From: Myxococcota bacterium
GTDB lineage: Bacteria > Myxococcota > UBA4151
DNA: 64,000 bases
Direction of reading: 5' to 3'
Assembly: GCA_036338695.1 (NCBI GenBank)
Contig: JAYZBQ010000098.1
Location: 59-64,058 of the forward strand
Positions 37,800-47,144 of this stretch are shown here, piece after piece. A program made the position numbers and the translations under genes. Under the pieces are notes generated by a model. The model worked only from the letters and a program-made list of their open reading frames with translations. It was not told the DNA's origin and did not search any database. Within the stretch, counting starts at the first letter, position 1. Every line of letters starts with the position of its first letter.

Positions 37800-37972
37800 C
37801 GGCGTTGCCAGGTGTAGATGTAGCGACCATCGACGGCGACGTCCTCAGGACCGTTGCGATAGTGCAGCCTCAGAAACCATGAGACGTCCTCTGCGTTGAA
37901 GCAGTTCGCTGACATCTTGTACTCCCAAGCCACCACCGCCAGCTCCGTAGCCAGTCCCGGATAAGGCGTCAT
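37796..37972 (-). CDS. DUF3105 C-terminal fragment (58 aa; below the ORF-track size cutoff)
   Basis: Own translation: MTPYPGLATELAVVAWEYKMSANCFNAEDVSWFLRLHYRNGPEDVAVDGRYIYTWQRR. The PYPGL...AW segment continues the DUF3105 domain of the upstream ORF. It is in frame with that ORF across TAA-GTC-ATG. Confidence 0.6.
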   Translation of the reverse strand: MTPYPGLATELAVVAWEYKMSANCFNAEDVSWFLRLHYRNGPEDVAVDGRYIYTWQRR

Positions 37973-37975
37973 GAC

Positions 37976-38545
37976 TTATCGAAGCGAGCCGGTCTCGTCG
38001 CCCTCATGCGCGTCCACGAAGGCGCGGATGGCGTCCTTGGTCTCGTCCGACGCGCAAGGGTGGTAGAGGAAGGCTACGCCTCCGTGCTCGAGGTTGTGCA
38101 ACCAGCGCTGCGGCGGGAGGTAGGTGTACTCGCCCCAGCGCGCCCAGTAGGGTCGGTGAGGTCCGCTCGATGGCGCCAGACGCTCGTAGGTGACCGGCTC
38201 CGGCAGGTAGATGTGGGTCCGGTCTTGGTTGGGGCGGTGGATGCGGGTGCCCTCACCGCAGGCACCTGCCGCCCACGAGGGGTCATCGCAGGTGTAGTCT
38301 GTACGCCAATCGGAGGTCGCCTCCCAACAGGTCTCCGGCACCAGAGGCGGACCGAGTCCGCCCATGACCTCGCCAGCGTCCGGATCGGCTGGCCCAGCAT
38401 CTAAAGTCGCCGTCGGGAGCGGGTCTGGACAGGCAAAGCCTGCCTCGGCGCCCGGCGTGATCGAGCCGGCGTCAGGTAGCGTCGACACGTCACCTTCGGC
38501 GCAGGCGGCGGCGATCAGGAGGGTGGTCAGGAGCGAGGGTCTCAT
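37976..38545 (-). CDS. DUF3105 family lipoprotein, N-terminal part (ends at an in-frame TAA)
   Basis: Lipobox LLIAAAC. DUF3105 core is PSSGPHRPYWARWGEYTYLPPQRWLHNLEHGGVAFLYHP. Confidence 0.7.
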   Translation of the reverse strand: MRPSLLTTLLIAAACAEGDVSTLPDAGSITPGAEAGFACPDPLPTATLDAGPADPDAGEVMGGLGPPLVPETCWEATSDWRTDYTCDDPSWAAGACGEGTRIHRPNQDRTHIYLPEPVTYERLAPSSGPHRPYWARWGEYTYLPPQRWLHNLEHGGVAFLYHPCASDETKDAIRAFVDAHEGDETGSLR

Positions 38546-38576
38546 GAGACACCCCTAGCACAGGTTGCGCGCATCT

Positions 38577-41483
38577 TCATCTGCTCTCGAGCAAGCGCAG
38601 GGCGATACGAATATCTTCGCTTCGCCCGGCTAGTGAGGTGCCTGAGGCGTCGGGCGTCCGCATGGCTTGCTTGAGCGCGTTGAGCTCCTCGCTGCGCTCA
38701 GGGACCCCAAGCCACGCTTGCGCCTGGGTGAGCTCGAGCAGGTGGGTGAGGGAGGCGTCGCCGCTGCTTTGTTCGAGCGCCTGGGCGCGCGCCCAGCACT
38801 GCTGCGCCTCTGTGTGCCGACCGAGCTGGGCGAGCAGTCCGCCGTAGTAGCATCGAAAGTGACCCTCAATCCGTGCGGGCGTGCCGCGCTGTGCCGACGC
38901 AAGCGCCTCGTCATAGCGCAGCTGCGCTTGCTCAAATCGGCCTCGAAGCTGGGCGATCACAGCGAGAAATCCGCGGCCGACCAACGTGGTCTCGGGCGCC
39001 GCGATGACCGCCGCTGTTTCAGCAGCCTCTCGGTAGTGAAGCTCGGCGTCATCGAGCCGCTCGCGGTCGAGCGCAAGCGCGCCGAGGTACAGATGGGTTC
39101 GCGCCAGATCCTCGACATGACGCGCCTGAGCGTACTGCTTGAGGCAGATCGTGAAATGCTCCTCAGCCGCTTGGAAACGCTGCTGAGCGAGATGGATCAT
39201 GCCGGCGTTACCGAGGGCGCGCGCCGCGTGGAAGGGCATGTCGAGCTGAGTAAAACCGCGCCCAGCTGATTCGAAGGCTTCGAGCGCATCATCCGTCCGC
39301 CCGAGATTGTAATACACGTTCCCGATGGCGCTGTGGAGCTTCGCTTCGTGGGCTGGCATGGCATGCGTTTTTAGATGATTCAGCGCACGGCGGACACAGC
39401 CCACGGCTCGTTCGGTCTCCCCGAGGCTGCTGAACAAGCGGATCTCGGCGTCGAGGACCAACGCTTCATGCACCGGATCGTCGGTGTGGTCGACGAGCGC
39501 TCGAGCTCGTTCGATGGCGTCCACGCAAGCCTCGGCGTCGCCGAGCGTGCGGTGCACACGCGCAAGAGTGGTCAGAAAGAGCGTACGTCGGCCTGGCGCT
39601 ATTCGGTCTTGCGCGGCGGCTAGGCGAGTGAAGATCGCGTTGCCTTGATTGATCGGACCTTGGGTAAACAAGAGGGGGACCAAGCCAAGCGCTGCGCCGG
39701 CGGCGCTCTGTGGGTCGAGGTCGGCGCTGTGTTCGATCGCAGCCAATAGGTTGGCGCGCAGCGTCCTGATCGGCGAGAGCGCGTGCTCGAGCGCAGTCTG
39801 CTGAGCGCTCAGGAAGATGGCTTCGCCTCGGTCGCCAAAGTAGCGATAATGCGCACGCTTGAGCGTCTCTTCGCGCCCCGCTGCGCGCAGGCGGTCGGCG
39901 GCGAAGAGGCGGATGCTCTGGAGCAGCGCATAGCGCTTTCCCTGCGCATCGCTGACGCTTTGAATCATCGATTGGTTGCAGAGCTCATCAAGACGCTCAT
40001 CGAGGTCATGCGGCTCCATGTCGATAACGGCGCTGGCGGCTGGGAGATCAAAGCCCTCGTGAAACACAGATAAGGCCTCGAGGCAGCGAGCTTGCTCGTC
40101 GCTGAGCGTCTCCCACGACCACTCGATGGCGGTGGCGAGCGTCCCTTGGCGGTGGTCGTCACGGTTGCGTGTCTGCAGGAGCTTGAAGCGCTGATGCAGG
40201 CGCTTGGCCATGCGCACGGGCCCCAACACGCCGATACGCGACGCAGCCAGCTCGATGGCGAGCGGGATGCCGTCAAGTGCCTTGACAATGGCGAGGCAAG
40301 CTTCTGCGCTAGCCGTATCGGTAGGGAGGGTCGCGCCGCGTTCGGTGGCGCGCGCCGTGAAGAGCTCGAGTCCGTGCGCCTCACTAAGGGGTGCTAGGCG
40401 CTGCGTTTCGCTCTGCTCGATCGCTACGACGCGTCGTGAGGTCACGAGCACGCAGAGCGCTGGCGCCTGATCAAGCCATCGCGGTACTACGGCTGCGACC
40501 GCGTCAGCGCATCGGTCGGTGTTGTCGAGCAGGAGCAGGGTGGCGCCACGCCCCCTGAGCGCTTGTCCGAGGCGGTCGATGAGCTCCTCATCTGAGTACC
40601 GTGCGGTCGGGAGCGATAGGGCGGAGGCGGCGGCTCGAAGCAACTGTGTCTGCTCAACGCATTCGGCGAGGTCGATCGACCAGCACTGCTCCAACTGTGT
40701 CAGCCGCTGCAGCGCGGCCTCTCGTGCCACGCGGCTCTTGCCCACCCCGGGCGCACCGCACAGAAGGACGCAGCGTGTGCCCTGTTCGAAGCGCCGCTGC
40801 ACTTGGTTCACTGCGGGCTGATGCCCGATGGTCGCGTTCTCAAAAGAGCTCAGGTTGGTGCGCGCACGGGCAGCTCCTCTGAGCGGATCAAAGCGGCGCC
40901 CTTCAAGTCGCTGCGAGCTCACCTGAATGACGTCAACGACGCCGAGCTGACCGGGGAGCGTCAGGTGACCTAGCTCCCGGTGCGTCCAAGGCGTATCGGT
41001 CAGTGATCGCCAGGTCTCAAGGTCGGTCACGACCTGCCCGCCATGTGCCGCAGAGGCGAGCGCCACGCAGCGGTTCACCGTGGCGCCCTGGTAGGTTCGC
41101 CGCCCCGTAACGTCATCGGTCCCATGCTCGGCCGCCCCCTGCATGATCCCGACGCGCACACGCGGTCCGGCGTGGACAGCGACCTGTTCGTTGTTCCGCT
41201 CGACGAGGGCGTCAGGCAGCGCTAGGAGCTCGTCTGGCCACGCCGCATCCAAGAGATTTTCTTGCAACGCCAGCGCATAAGCGAAGGCATCTGATGGATG
41301 CTCAAAGGCGTTGAGGAAGGCGTCCCCCTCGGTCCGAATTTCGTAACCGTGATGCGCCGCGATCAGCGCACGCTGGATCTGGTCATGCCGCTCGAGCGCT
41401 GCGCGCATCGCCTGGGGAGCTTGCTCCCACAGCCGCGTCGAGCCCTGGATGTCCGTGTGCACGATGGTGACCAGCTTGTGCAT
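38577..41483 (-). CDS. Class III nucleotide cyclase - STAND/AAA ATPase - TPR multidomain protein
   Basis: Cyclase motifs VHTDIQGST, RTEGDAF, YQGATVNRCVALA. Walker A is CGAPGVGKSRVA and Walker B is LLLLDNTD. The C-terminal ~450 aa are TPR-like. 968 aa. Confidence 0.8.
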   Translation of the reverse strand: MHKLVTIVHTDIQGSTRLWEQAPQAMRAALERHDQIQRALIAAHHGYEIRTEGDAFLNAFEHPSDAFAYALALQENLLDAAWPDELLALPDALVERNNEQVAVHAGPRVRVGIMQGAAEHGTDDVTGRRTYQGATVNRCVALASAAHGGQVVTDLETWRSLTDTPWTHRELGHLTLPGQLGVVDVIQVSSQRLEGRRFDPLRGAARARTNLSSFENATIGHQPAVNQVQRRFEQGTRCVLLCGAPGVGKSRVAREAALQRLTQLEQCWSIDLAECVEQTQLLRAAASALSLPTARYSDEELIDRLGQALRGRGATLLLLDNTDRCADAVAAVVPRWLDQAPALCVLVTSRRVVAIEQSETQRLAPLSEAHGLELFTARATERGATLPTDTASAEACLAIVKALDGIPLAIELAASRIGVLGPVRMAKRLHQRFKLLQTRNRDDHRQGTLATAIEWSWETLSDEQARCLEALSVFHEGFDLPAASAVIDMEPHDLDERLDELCNQSMIQSVSDAQGKRYALLQSIRLFAADRLRAAGREETLKRAHYRYFGDRGEAIFLSAQQTALEHALSPIRTLRANLLAAIEHSADLDPQSAAGAALGLVPLLFTQGPINQGNAIFTRLAAAQDRIAPGRRTLFLTTLARVHRTLGDAEACVDAIERARALVDHTDDPVHEALVLDAEIRLFSSLGETERAVGCVRRALNHLKTHAMPAHEAKLHSAIGNVYYNLGRTDDALEAFESAGRGFTQLDMPFHAARALGNAGMIHLAQQRFQAAEEHFTICLKQYAQARHVEDLARTHLYLGALALDRERLDDAELHYREAAETAAVIAAPETTLVGRGFLAVIAQLRGRFEQAQLRYDEALASAQRGTPARIEGHFRCYYGGLLAQLGRHTEAQQCWARAQALEQSSGDASLTHLLELTQAQAWLGVPERSEELNALKQAMRTPDASGTSLAGRSEDIRIALRLLESR

Positions 41484-41639
41484 GCCTGCGTGCGTCTCCC
41501 ATAGCTTCAGTGCGCGGGCGTGCCGACCGAGCGCTGAGCCTCCTAGCGATTTCCGTTGTGCCGACAGACTCTTGCGAGGGCAACTGTCTCTTGTGTTTCC
41601 AAGGGGGGTTGTCCATCAACCCAACCCGGGGTGGACGCG

Positions 41640-42257
41640 ATGAAACAGAAACACTTTATTGACGCAAACAAGGGCGCGACCACTCTGGTGGTCTTAGGCC
41701 TCATGGGCTTCTACAATGTTTGGGACAATCCGACCGCTTGGCTCTATCTGGCGACGCACGGCCTCTACGGTCTGTTGTGGATCACCAAGTCGGCGACCTT
41801 TCCAGACCGCAGCTGGGAGGCGCCTTGTCCCTTATGGTACGGGCTGACGATCTGGTTTGGACTCGGTCTGTATTGGATCACGCCGTGGCTGATCTGCGCA
41901 GGGGATCTGCGCGTGAGCCCCGCCTATGCTGCTGGCTGCGTGGCGGTCTTTGGGTTTGGGGTCTTTCTTCACTTTGTCGCTGACATGCAAAAGCACATGA
42001 AGTTGAGCCTGGCGCCCGGGCTGATCACCGATGGGCTCTGGGCGCGTCTGCGCAACCCCAACTACTTTGGCGAGCTGTTGATCTACGGCGGCTTCTCTGC
42101 GCTTGCGATGCACTGGGCTCCCTTCGCCGTCTTAGCGCTCTTTGTTGGGGTCATTTGGGTCCCCAATATGATCAAGAAAGATCGCTCGCTGAGCCGCTAC
42201 CCCGAGTTCGCCGAGTGGAAGCAGCGCTCGTCCTTGTTTATCCCTGGGATCTGGTGA
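41640..42257 (+). CDS. DUF1295 / isoprenylcysteine-methyltransferase-like membrane protein
   Basis: Polytopic, with RLRNPNYFGELLIYGGF near the C-terminus. ATG at 41640. Confidence 0.65.
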   Translation: MKQKHFIDANKGATTLVVLGLMGFYNVWDNPTAWLYLATHGLYGLLWITKSATFPDRSWEAPCPLWYGLTIWFGLGLYWITPWLICAGDLRVSPAYAAGCVAVFGFGVFLHFVADMQKHMKLSLAPGLITDGLWARLRNPNYFGELLIYGGFSALAMHWAPFAVLALFVGVIWVPNMIKKDRSLSRYPEFAEWKQRSSLFIPGIW

Positions 42258-42262
42258 GTCTC

Positions 42263-43285
42263 ATGATCGATTTACGAAGTGATACCGTGACCCAACCAAC
42301 CGCTGGTATGCGCGCAGCCATGAAGGATGCGCCGTTAGGCGATGACGTCTTTCGTGATGATCCGAGCGTGCTGGCGCTTGAGCGGTTCGCCGCAGAGCGT
42401 TTGGGCAAAGAAGCCGCTTTGTACGTTCCGACGGGGACCATGGCGAACCAGATCGCGCTGCGACTGCATTGCCGGCACGGCGACGAGCTCGTTGCGCATC
42501 GTCGCTGCCACATCTTCAACTATGAGACAGGCGCAGCGGCTGCACTCGCCGGTGTGCAGGTGCGCCCGATCGACAGTGACGACGGCTCGATGACGCCTGA
42601 GGCGGTGGCTGCGCAGCTGCGTATCAGCGAGGACGTCCACGTGGCCAACACAGGCATGATCGCCTTTGAAAACACGCACAACGCCTGCGGAGGTCGGGTG
42701 CTCGACCAAGCCCTCGTGCAAGCGTCGGTTGCGGTCGCCAAAGCACAGGGCGTGGCGGCGCACCTCGACGGTGCGCGGCTCGCAAACGCCGCAGCGGCGA
42801 GCGGCATGAGTTTAGCCGAGCTCGCCGCCCCCTTCGATACCGTCTCATTGTGTCTGTCTAAGGGCTTGGGCGCGCCGGTCGGCTCGGTTTTAGCGGGGGA
42901 TAACGACTCGATGGCGCGGGCGTTGCGCTTTCGGAAGATGTACGGCGGCGGGATGCGTCAAGCCGGCGTGATCGCCGCTGCAGGGCTCTATGCGCTCGAG
43001 CATCAGGCGCAGCGATTGGTCGACGATCACCGCAGAGCCCGGCGGCTGGCTGAGGCGCTCGATGGCTTGGCGGGGGTGACGGCGGATCCGCCAGAGACCA
43101 ACCTCGTCTATTTTACGCTGGCTCAAGATCACCCGCTCAGCGACGACGAATTGCTCGCTGCGCTTCGGAGCCGAGGTGTCGCGCTGCATGGCGGCGCGCG
43201 GCGGTTTCGGGCGGTGTTGCATCTCGACGTTGATGATGATGACTTGGCTCAGGCGATCGGCGCCTTTGGAGCGGTGCTGGGCTGA
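42263..43285 (+). CDS. ltaE: Low-specificity L-threonine aldolase
   Basis: MIDLRSDTVTQPTAGMRAAM...GDDVFRDDPSV...VPTGTMANQIAL...CLSKGLGAPVGS (PLP-Lys). Confidence 0.88.
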   Translation: MIDLRSDTVTQPTAGMRAAMKDAPLGDDVFRDDPSVLALERFAAERLGKEAALYVPTGTMANQIALRLHCRHGDELVAHRRCHIFNYETGAAAALAGVQVRPIDSDDGSMTPEAVAAQLRISEDVHVANTGMIAFENTHNACGGRVLDQALVQASVAVAKAQGVAAHLDGARLANAAAASGMSLAELAAPFDTVSLCLSKGLGAPVGSVLAGDNDSMARALRFRKMYGGGMRQAGVIAAAGLYALEHQAQRLVDDHRRARRLAEALDGLAGVTADPPETNLVYFTLAQDHPLSDDELLAALRSRGVALHGGARRFRAVLHLDVDDDDLAQAIGAFGAVLG

Positions 43286-44154
43286 TGGGCGAGCTGGCGG
43301 CGGTCGGCTCCGCGATCCTGTGGGCCTATGCGAGCATTGAGTTTGCGCGCGTCGCCGAGCGCTGCTCGGCGCTGACGATCAACCTGCTCAAATGCACGGG
43401 CGGTCTCATCTGTCTGTCCCTTTTGTGGGGGGTGCTCGACGGCTTTGCGCTGGGCGTCGCGCTGACAACGTCTGAGTGGACGTACTTGCTGCTCTCCGCA
43501 GTAGTCGGCCTGCTCCTTGGAGACACCTTCTTCTTTTTGACGCTGCGGGACCTCGGCGCACGCGTCACCCTGCTGATCTCTGCCCTGATCCCGCCGGTGA
43601 CGGCGCTGATCTCCTCGGCGTGGATCGGCGAGGGGTTGGCTGCGTCTGAATGGCTCGGGTTGGTCATCACGGGGGTCGGCGTCTGCCTGGTGGTGAGCAA
43701 GAACGAGGGCGGTCAGCCTGCGCACCTGCGCGGCTTACTCTTTGGGGGCTTGTTGGTTGGTACGACCGCCTTAGGCAATGTCATGACCAAGGTGGGCGGG
43801 CATCGCCTCGACGGGTTGCCGGTCGCCGTCTTGCGGCTGGCCGTGGCGGTGGGGGCGCTGTTTCTGGTGATGGCGATTTTAAGGCGCCTGCCCGACCTGG
43901 CGGTTCCGTGGCGCACGCCGCGCGTCGACGGCGCGCTGATGCGCGGGACCTTCACCGGGACCGTGCTCGGTATCTGGCTTTTGATGTTTGCGTTCACCTC
44001 GTCGAACGTCGCCGTGGCGACGGCGATGGCGGGGACGAGCCCCGTGTGGGTTCTTCCGCTCGCTTACCTCTTACGCGGTGAGCGGATCAGCCGGCGCTCG
44101 GGGTTGGGTGCGGCGATCGCAGTCGCCGGCCTGATGGTGTTGGCGCTCAGCTGA
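43285..44154 (+). CDS. EamA/DMT family transporter
   Basis: About 10 hydrophobic helices in two EamA-like halves. The start overlaps the ltaE stop (TGATG). Confidence 0.72.
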   Translation: MGELAAVGSAILWAYASIEFARVAERCSALTINLLKCTGGLICLSLLWGVLDGFALGVALTTSEWTYLLLSAVVGLLLGDTFFFLTLRDLGARVTLLISALIPPVTALISSAWIGEGLAASEWLGLVITGVGVCLVVSKNEGGQPAHLRGLLFGGLLVGTTALGNVMTKVGGHRLDGLPVAVLRLAVAVGALFLVMAILRRLPDLAVPWRTPRVDGALMRGTFTGTVLGIWLLMFAFTSSNVAVATAMAGTSPVWVLPLAYLLRGERISRRSGLGAAIAVAGLMVLALS

Positions 44155-44179
44155 GCGAGCGTCCCTAGTTGCGCCAGGG

Positions 44180-44488
44180 CTAGAAAATCTGTCCGAGCTT
44201 CATGGCGAGCGCAATGTTTCCCTCGACGCGCAGCTTCCCCATCATGAAGAGGTTGGGGCCTGCGACGCGCCCTTCGACCATATCGATGAAGTCGGTATCC
44301 GAGACCAAGATGGTGGCGCCTGGGTTGTCGGTGGTGCCGGGCGTGACCGAGTTGTCGTTGAGGTCCACCACGTAGTCGCAGCCGGCTTCGCCCTCGATCC
44401 GGAACTGATAGATCACGTCCTCGTTGCCGGGCAGGTTCTGGACGGTTTGCGTGATGCGACCTTCGAAGACGTCTTTGGGGGTGGTCAT
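44180..44488 (-). CDS. SCP2 sterol-binding domain protein
   Basis: 102 aa. MMGKLRVEGNIALAMKLGQIF is an SCP2-type C-terminus. AGGAG precedes the ATG at 44488. Confidence 0.78.
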   Translation of the reverse strand: MTTPKDVFEGRITQTVQNLPGNEDVIYQFRIEGEAGCDYVVDLNDNSVTPGTTDNPGATILVSDTDFIDMVEGRVAGPNLFMMGKLRVEGNIALAMKLGQIF

Positions 44489-44614
44489 GGAGCGCTCCTT
44501 TGGCGGGGTGGCTAGCACTTTGGTGAAACGTGTTCTAATCGTCAACTCGGGTTGTGTCGCCAGCGTGGCGCTCCACGGGGATATGCTGAGCACCAAGAGG
44601 GGGCGATCAGGGTC

Positions 44615-45334
44615 ATGGGGTACCTGCGGTTCATACTGGGCTACGTGGTGCTGGTGCTGGGGGCTGTGCCCATCATCGTCAGCCTCATCCCGCTCTTGCC
44701 CGTCCGCGTGGCGCGCGTACGGGCGGTGCTGGCCATGGGGCGGTTCGTCTCCTACGCGGTACTTGCGTGCATCGGCGTGCGGGTGCGCTTTGAGGGGCCT
44801 GACCCGAGGTCGCTGCAGCCCGCCATCTTTGTGGCGAACCACACCTCGACGCTCGACATCTTTTTGTTCGCCGTGAGCGCACCGGTTGGTAGCTCAGCGA
44901 TCATTAAGAAGGAGATGGTGTACGTGCCGATCGTTGGTCAGATCGCGTGGTTATCGGGGCACCTGCTCATTGACCGGCACCACCGCAGCCGTGCGCTCGA
45001 GGCGATCGCTGCGATTGGTGAGTTGGTGACCGCCAATGGGCTGAGCGTCTTTATGATGCCGGAGGGTACGCGCAGTGAGGACGGCGCGTTGCAGCCCTTT
45101 AAGCGGGGATTTGTCCACCTCGCATGCGCCACAGGTCTGCCGATCGTGCCGTTTGTTTTTCATGGCGCCTCCAAGCGCTGGCCGATGGGCGCCTGGGCGG
45201 TGACGCCGGGTGAGGTCATCGTGGAGGTGCTCGATCCGATCTCGAGTGAGGGGTGGTCGGCTGATGATGCTGGTGCGCTGGCCGATCAGGTTCGAGATGT
45301 CTTCAGCGAGCGCTTGGCGAGACGGCATGGCTGA
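44615..45334 (+). CDS. plsC: 1-acyl-sn-glycerol-3-phosphate acyltransferase
   Basis: HX4D in VANHTSTLDIF, plus MMPEGTRS. N-terminal TM helix. Confidence 0.82.
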   Translation: MGYLRFILGYVVLVLGAVPIIVSLIPLLPVRVARVRAVLAMGRFVSYAVLACIGVRVRFEGPDPRSLQPAIFVANHTSTLDIFLFAVSAPVGSSAIIKKEMVYVPIVGQIAWLSGHLLIDRHHRSRALEAIAAIGELVTANGLSVFMMPEGTRSEDGALQPFKRGFVHLACATGLPIVPFVFHGASKRWPMGAWAVTPGEVIVEVLDPISSEGWSADDAGALADQVRDVFSERLARRHG

Positions 45335-46442
45335 TGTGGGTTGGTGGGCGCCGGGGCAGCTTGACGCCTGGCGGGGGGTCGGTGACCCGCTGGCCGACGC
45401 CGCCGTTGAGGTGCTCGGGCGCATCGATCAGCAGCCTCATATGGAGAGCTCGTTGGGCTGGATCGAGCGCCTAACAGAGACCGCGGAGGTCGACCGCAAG
45501 GATCGAAAGGTGCTCGAACGTTTTGTGCGGGGCGTCGCCGAGCTGCCTCCTTGGCTCGACTGGGACGCGATCGAGCGAGGGCGCACCTTCTTTGTTCGCT
45601 ATGGCCTCGTTCACTCCACCGCGCTGCTGCTCGGCGGGCTGCTCGAGTCCTACTCAGACACCCAAATCGCTAATGTCTTGATGCGCACGGGGCGCCTGCA
45701 CAAGGACACCTATCGCCGTGTCTTTGAGACGGGGGCGATGGTGTACGACATCATGATCCCGGATGGTCTGCGGTTGGACCGTAGAGGCTACCGGACGGTG
45801 CTCAAGGTCCGGCTGATGCATGCCGGCGTGCGCCGGTTGATGCTGCGCTCCAAGTCGTGGGATCAAGCGGCTTTCGGTGTGCCGATCGGTCAAGAGGACA
45901 TGGCGTTTACCTTGTTGATGTTTGACGTCGCTACGCTGCGTGGCGCCCAACGCCTCGGTTTGCGGATCAGCGAGCAGCAGCGCGCCGACCATCATCACCT
46001 GTGGCGCTACGTTGGCTACCTCATGGGCGTCGATGAGGCGCTTTTGCCCGCCACGCCGGGTGAGGCCGAGAGCCTGCATGACGCCATCACCAAACGGCAG
46101 CGGCACGACTCCCACAACGGGCGGGCTCTGACGCAGGGGGTGGTCGAGGCGCTGTCGGGGCGGGCTCCGTTTTTCCTCCCTTATGAGGGGTTGTCGGCGC
46201 TGTGCTACCGCTTGCTTGGCCCAGAGCTCGGCCGTCACCTCGGGCTGCAAAATAGCGTCCCTTGGCATGTCCTGTTTCAGGCTGGGGTGCCGGCGCTGCG
46301 CGCGGTTCAGCGGCGCGCAGAGTCGAGCCCACGGGTGGCGCGCTCCTTGGAGCGGTTTGCGGTGATGTGGGGCGAGTGGGCGATTCGCGAAGGGCTCGGC
46401 GATGAACCCGCTCGGTTTCCCATCCCCGGTGTCATGCGCTAG
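45327..46442 (+). CDS. DUF2236 (MpaB/oxygenase-like) family protein
   Basis: 371 aa. YRTVLKVRLMHAGVRRLM is typical of DUF2236. It overlaps the plsC end by 8 nt. Confidence 0.55.
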   Translation: MADVGWWAPGQLDAWRGVGDPLADAAVEVLGRIDQQPHMESSLGWIERLTETAEVDRKDRKVLERFVRGVAELPPWLDWDAIERGRTFFVRYGLVHSTALLLGGLLESYSDTQIANVLMRTGRLHKDTYRRVFETGAMVYDIMIPDGLRLDRRGYRTVLKVRLMHAGVRRLMLRSKSWDQAAFGVPIGQEDMAFTLLMFDVATLRGAQRLGLRISEQQRADHHHLWRYVGYLMGVDEALLPATPGEAESLHDAITKRQRHDSHNGRALTQGVVEALSGRAPFFLPYEGLSALCYRLLGPELGRHLGLQNSVPWHVLFQAGVPALRAVQRRAESSPRVARSLERFAVMWGEWAIREGLGDEPARFPIPGVMR

Positions 46443-46472
46443 GATGCGAACGACGAATCCGCCGAGGAGTTG

Positions 46473-47144
46473 ATGGCAGTGCAACACGAGTTTTGGGCAG
46501 CGCGTTGGTCTCAGGGGCTCACCGGGTTCAACCAAGCGGAGGCGAACCCACGGTTGGTAGCACATTGGTCGGGGCTTGGCTTGACGCCGGGCGCACGCGT
46601 GCTCGTCCCTCTGTGTGGAAAAAGCGTCGATATGCTGTGGCTACGTGCACAGGGGCACGCCGTGGTAGGGGTCGAGTTTGTCGAGTCAGCGATCCACGAA
46701 TTTTTCACCGAGCACGACCTCCCTTATGAGCCTACGGCGATGGGCTGGCGCGCCTGTGACAGCGGGCCGCCGCTGACCTTGATGTGTCAGGATTTTATGA
46801 CGCTGCAGCCCCAGCAGGTGGGGCGATTTGACGCGCTCTATGATCGCGCCTCGGTGGTCGCGTTACCGCCCGATTCGCAGGCTCGGTTCGGGGCGATGTT
46901 GGGGCAGCTTATGGCGCCGGGCGCGCCGGGGTTGATGCTCAGTTTTGAGTATCCTCCCGAGCAGCGCGAGGGGCCCCCCTTCGCTACAGACGAGCGCCAG
47001 CTGCGCGAGGTCCTCGGCGCAAACTTTGAGTTTGAGGTACTCGCACGGCATGATCTCGGAGCGGAAGAGGTGGCGCGCTTCGACGTCGACTGGTGCGCCG
47101 TCACCGTCAACCGTGTGCGTCGTGCGATCGCAAAGGAGGGTTGA
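46473..47144 (+). CDS. tpm: Thiopurine S-methyltransferase
   Basis: FWAARWSQGLTGFNQAEANPRLVAHW...RVLVPLCGKSVDMLWLRAQGHAVVGVEF is the TPMT signature. GAGGAG RBS. Confidence 0.85.
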   Translation: MAVQHEFWAARWSQGLTGFNQAEANPRLVAHWSGLGLTPGARVLVPLCGKSVDMLWLRAQGHAVVGVEFVESAIHEFFTEHDLPYEPTAMGWRACDSGPPLTLMCQDFMTLQPQQVGRFDALYDRASVVALPPDSQARFGAMLGQLMAPGAPGLMLSFEYPPEQREGPPFATDERQLREVLGANFEFEVLARHDLGAEEVARFDVDWCAVTVNRVRRAIAKEG

